Assembly: GCA_001949185.1 (NCBI GenBank)
Contig: BDGG01000010.1
Span: forward strand, 1,435,773-1,499,772
Reading direction: 5' to 3'
DNA length: 64,000 nt
Source: Ramazzottius varieornatus
Lineage: Eukaryota; Animalia; Tardigrada
The translations under genes and the position numbers were made by a program. Below, one piece after another: positions 59,509-64,000 of this stretch. The notes beneath the pieces are model-generated. The model saw only the letters and a program-made list of their open reading frames with translations, was not told where the DNA came from and made no database searches. Within the stretch, counting starts at the first letter, position 1. Each line of letters starts with the position of its first letter.

Positions 59509-62302
59509 CTAAGGTGCAGCTGTCGTTGTCGGGATAGCCATGTAACCAGGCTTGAATTTAGGTAAGAATAAGCCAAACTTGGATTCGACACCGGCAAACG
59601 TGGCTAACGCTAGACTGTAACCACCGATATGGTCAGGGTTGGTCGAGCGATGTATGTTGACAGTCTGCAAGGGCAGCTTCATGTCCTCACCAGTAGGACG
59701 TGTACCACCAAAGTCTACCTTGAAGAGCCGCTGCAGCAGTTCGTAGGCCATGAGAGTTACACCAAACTGCGGTGAGGAACGGAAGACCCGAGCTGCCGCA
59801 CCTTTCCAGAAGGCTCTTCCCCCTTCTTCTGCCCAAATTTTACGGGCACAGTCCGTCAAACCTGAGTAGGTAGTCTGGCCTTTCCTTGCAGCTACTTGCA
59901 GACGAGTCTTGATCACATCGGCTGGTGTGACCAGCGAGGCAGCAGGAACACCTATTTGAGAACGAAAGTCAAAATAATTTAATTAATATTATCACCAGTT
60001 TTTTGCTAATTTTGGTTTCCGTATTTTGAGTTGTCACCTCTGTTATTCCAATTTCTTGACATTAGCTTTCGCTCCAGTCAGTCCATTGATAAAGTAACTC
60101 CAGTACAGAGTTTTGCTGTTACCTGCAAGTGCGGCAGCGCCCAGTAGCGACAGTACGCTGTTATGCCCGTTCTCATCTTGAAAAGCCACTTTTGCGTGAG
60201 CGTAGGACGGGAAGTAGATGGCCGAGAAGGGAACATCTCGAAGGAAACAGGCACGTGCTCCCTTGTACAATCCCTTGAATCCCAGTTCCCTCATCACACT
60301 ACCTGCTCGAATACGCTCACCGGACGCCACTTCCCCAGCTACTTGCAGACGAATCTTGACGATTTCTAGAGGGTTGGTGAAGACCACTTGTGATGCACCG
60401 GCTGTACCACCAGCCAGGATTTCACCCCATAGTGGGATGAAACCCTCCTCGTCAACCAGCTTGTCGCGAATAAAATCGTTCATCGTCAGCTTGATGGCTT
60501 TCTCGGGCGCCACTCCCACAAGTTGAGGAACCAACCTGTTTGGAAAACATACAAAATTAATCGAAGTCATTTGGAAGCTCCTCAAAACAACCTCGATAAA
60601 ATGATTTCCCAAGTGGCGCACGCTTCCAGCCAATAACACTGATAACGTGCGCCACCTGCAAAAGCAATCTTGTCGGGTTTGTTTGTCGAGCTCTTATCAA
60701 TTTTGTCAATCTTTTGGAAATGTTTCATTACCCTCTGTAAAGTCCCATGGCGCCTTCGTAGCGGACAACTTTCTTAAAGCAGTCGAAGCTGTTCTTGTAC
60801 AGCAGTTCCTCCAAGTGAGCTCGGGACCTTTGGTTCTGCATTCGGGTCTTCACAAGGTCGATGGGGTACACTGCGGTTGCGCCCATCGCGCCAGCTATGG
60901 AGCCCAGACCGAAACGATAGGCGCTCTCCAGAACCGCAGTGAAAGCGCTCCGGTCAGAAGGTTTATCGACAGCTTTAATGTTTGTAATATGGTAGGAAGG
61001 AACCGACATGCGTTCTGGCGCGATCTGCTCCAAGTCTTCGAACAGTAATCGCCCCGATGGGTGGCGCAAAGAAGCGACGTGGAAGAGAATGTCCACTTCC
61101 AGCGGAGTGACTTGACTCCAGACTTGCGAGCCAGCTAGGAACTCTTCCTTGGTCAACTGCTGCTTCAGATTACCCTTCACTACGGAGGTGAAGACTTTCT
61201 TAATCAGCTCCATGTTGTTCAGGAGGTTGTTGAACGCCATGAAGTAAGGAAAGCTGACGCGTGTTCCGGCACCCCGCCCACCGGCGACCGCCACGAGATT
61301 GTCACGGACAAAGTCGGTCAGAAGATGGGACTTGACGCTGGTCATGATGTGGTGAAAGTCCATGGCTTTGATGTACCCAGTGCCGTCTTTGTCGAAGAGC
61401 TTGAAGGCTTGCACGGCGTGCTCCTCGTGAAAGTCATGGAGGATTTCGGTAAATTCTTCGTAGGAGACGGTACGCTTCTTGTCGCGCCCGAAATTCAGCT
61501 GGACGAAATCGCCTTTGAAGTCGAAAGGTACGTGTTGCTGAAGTGTTGTCTTCTTTATGACGCGTTCGAATTCATCCAGGGTGATGTAACCTAAAGCAAA
61601 CCGCCGAGCTAAGTAACCATTAAACTGACAGTCCTGCCGAAGCGGCTCTTGACGTCATTGATAGAAAGAGATTCTCCGTTGGAGCGTACCAAAACTTCGC
61701 CGCGCACACAACAACATACGCCAGCGGGCTAAGTCATTTGGGAGATCGCAGTACCACGTCTTGACTCCAGCATGTCATAAAACGTGTTATCAAGACCCCA
61801 CTGCCTGACGTAGTGCGCGATTCTACGCGTGATACCATAACTCAGCCGTCTTACGCCCCATCCTGTTCACCGTGGTGAACGAGCACGTACCTGATCCGTT
61901 AGTGTCGAAGAGTGAAAACGCAGTCATGTAAAGCGCATCAGGCAAGCACAAGACAGCTTCGAACGCTTGAAACTCGGCAAAGGATATCAGTCCGTCTTTG
62001 CTGGTGTCCGCGACGCTGCCCAGTAGCTGCACCGTGTCTGGATCAAAATTCTCGTCCGGATAGAGTCGAAGGAATTTCCGGACAAAGTCATCGAGTGTCA
62101 TGAACTTGTCGCCTTGACGGGTGACGGAGACATACTTTTCAAAGATCTGGCGGAGCTTCTCGGACTCCGCACGTTTGACGGTATGGACAGGAACAACAAC
62201 GACCTTCGTTTCGCAGTGCGCTGTCTTCCAATGCAACAAGCCGCTGCAGATTTCCTTCAGCGAACGGAATCCTGGTTGCTCCATGCTTCGTACGGTGTCC
62301 AT
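59509..62302 (-). CDS. aralar1: Calcium-binding mitochondrial aspartate/glutamate carrier (aralar/citrin); 4 coding exons
   Basis: EF hands ([29 protein letters not shown]), carrier signatures [30 protein letters not shown], and RSSPQFG. C-terminal [29 protein letters not shown]. Confidence 0.96.
60573..60694. mobile_element. Palindromic MITE-like element, copy 5 (aralar intron)
   Basis: GGAAGCTC...TTTCCCAAGTGGCGCAC-loop-GTGCGCCACCTG...TGTTTGTCGAGCTC. Confidence 0.75.
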
Positions 62303-62762
62303 GATGATCCGGCAGCTGGAGATGCACCTGGAAGCAAGGGAACAACCACGAAGAAGCTGCGGAGAACGGCAGATGTTTTGCTCCCTTTATGCGATGCTGA
62401 TTAAAAGACTTTGAACTAAAAAAACACAGCTGATTTCGAGTGAATACTTGCTCAAAGTCAAAGTAATCATAAGTATTAAGTACGAGTATTGCGGCAACAT
62501 CGGACGATAAAGGCCGTGCCAGCCACAGTGGCCACAACACAAGGACACGCCCAACACTTGACCCACTGGGAGAATCGATTCGATTGTCAAGGAAAAGAAC
62601 GGAAAAAATCCTCGAGGACACTCTAGAATCAACATGACTGCTTTCAATACTGTAGCAGCCAGCGGCAAAGCATGCGCAAGTATGGACAGTTCCCAGCTTA
62701 GGAAAGGACGTGCTATAATTTAACTTAGCATCACTTTTGAGCCGTTTTCAAATCTGGGTAGT

Positions 62763-63876
62763 ATGTCTTCCCGGCGAAAGCTATCGGAGGATATCCATGA
62801 TGACTGTACGGTACCGAAAAAGTCAAGACCATCCCTAGAAAATACACCAGAGGATCTTGAGGCCGCTGGAAATGCAGCTGGTGAGTTGGTCGACGTCCAC
62901 GTTGCCCCAAAATGCTCGCGCACAACTGTGTCCATCCACGACCTTCACGAAAATATACTGGTGGAGATCCTCCAGCACTTGGACATTGTGAAGCAACTTG
63001 CTCTTCAAAGGTACAGTTAATGGTTATTCGTTGTTGCCTGAATAGCTACTAATACTATGTCTTCACCTAGTCAGAGTGTCGTCCCAATGGAATACTATCT
63101 TGACATCGCCTTCGGTTCTTCGAGCTCGCGGAGTGGATCAGGTCTTCTACATGAACCACGACCTGACCACTCGCTACATCGAATTCGACTCACTGGTCGA
63201 CAGGGCTGCTTGTATAGAGCTGGTGCATCTGTTCCTAGGAAGACAGATAAGGAGCAACTGGCCGGAACATGGCTACCATTACCACGCTTTCTTGCTCAGT
63301 AGCACATGCGACTTACTCGCCAAGAAGAGTCCTCGACTGAAGACCATCGTACTATCCCAGGGATACATCGACAAAGCTGTCCTGGACCACTGTCTCCCTT
63401 TATCTGTAAAGCGAGTGCTTTTCGACAGGGTGACAGTATGCGGATTTGGAACCTTTCCCTTCTACAAACACAACATTACAATCAAGAGGGACGTTCTACG
63501 GACAGGGAACGCCATCGCCGACACGGAAGATAGAATGTGGCAACTAGGAGCAATCCACTGTGCACAGTTAACTCCTGACGACCTGGAAGCCACATTTTTT
63601 CGAATTAGAAAAGCGAAGGAACTCGGGAAACTCAAATACGAGCTGCTGACGGACATTGTAGAAAGGTCTGCATATTTGAATATCATCATTCATCCATCTG
63701 CCACAATAAAAAGTATACTAACTTTGCTTCTGTTCAGTCGACAGCCAACAGCGCTGAAAGATGGTCGTTGGAGCGCGGACACTAGCGATCTAAACAAATT
63801 GGGCAACCTGACGCTCATGGAGCTCTTCACCTTTACCAGCTGCACTATCTACTCAGCCATGAGTGACAGCGTGTGA
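62763..63876 (+). CDS. F-box protein with unrecognised C-terminal region; exons 62763-63010, 63075-63876
   Basis: Splicing reconstitutes the F-box motif SIHDLHENILVEILQHLDIVKQLALQR|VSSQWNTIL. N-terminal basic NLS-like RRK/PKKSRP. Confidence 0.75.
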
Positions 63877-64000
63877 TCAGAAGACTTCATCGTCCACTTC
63901 CCAGGGTAATGAACATTGTACTGCACGAAGATAAGCACGAGCTAATAACAATACAAAGTCACGAAAGTGTATTCGACGAAGAAACTTGAATGGAACTTGC

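Overview
This is a gene-dense, intron-rich eukaryotic (animal) window with short introns and moderate GC. The compactness and gene content fit a small ecdysozoan genome such as a tardigrade, but the organism is my inference. Splicing by eye gives, in order: furry (+), an intron-containing linker histone H1 with a very long Ser/Ala/Gly/Lys tail (+), a Pmp3/UPF0057 proteolipid (+), PI4-kinase type II (+), PI31/PSMF1 (+), SDHA (+), an assembly gap, and PRL/PTP4A phosphatase with a spliced, uORF-bearing leader (+). Next come a Shaker-like K+ channel gene with TWO complete T1-S1-S6 units in one reading frame (+), an orphan multi-pass membrane gene (-), selenoprotein F with an in-frame UGA and a GUGA-type SECIS (+), and a Dpr-like two-Ig gene with a 7.6-kb intron (-). 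The window ends with a divergent BTB protein (+), aralar/SLC25A12-13 (-) and an F-box protein (+). Repeats include a ~120-bp palindromic MITE-like family (5 copies) and a TTAA-flanked piggyBac-like non-autonomous element. The best candidates for novelty are the natural tandem-dimer Kv channel, the H1 with a Dsup-like tail, and the overlapping uORFs (one ending Pro-Pro-stop) in the PRL leader. All exon structures are manual predictions without transcript data.
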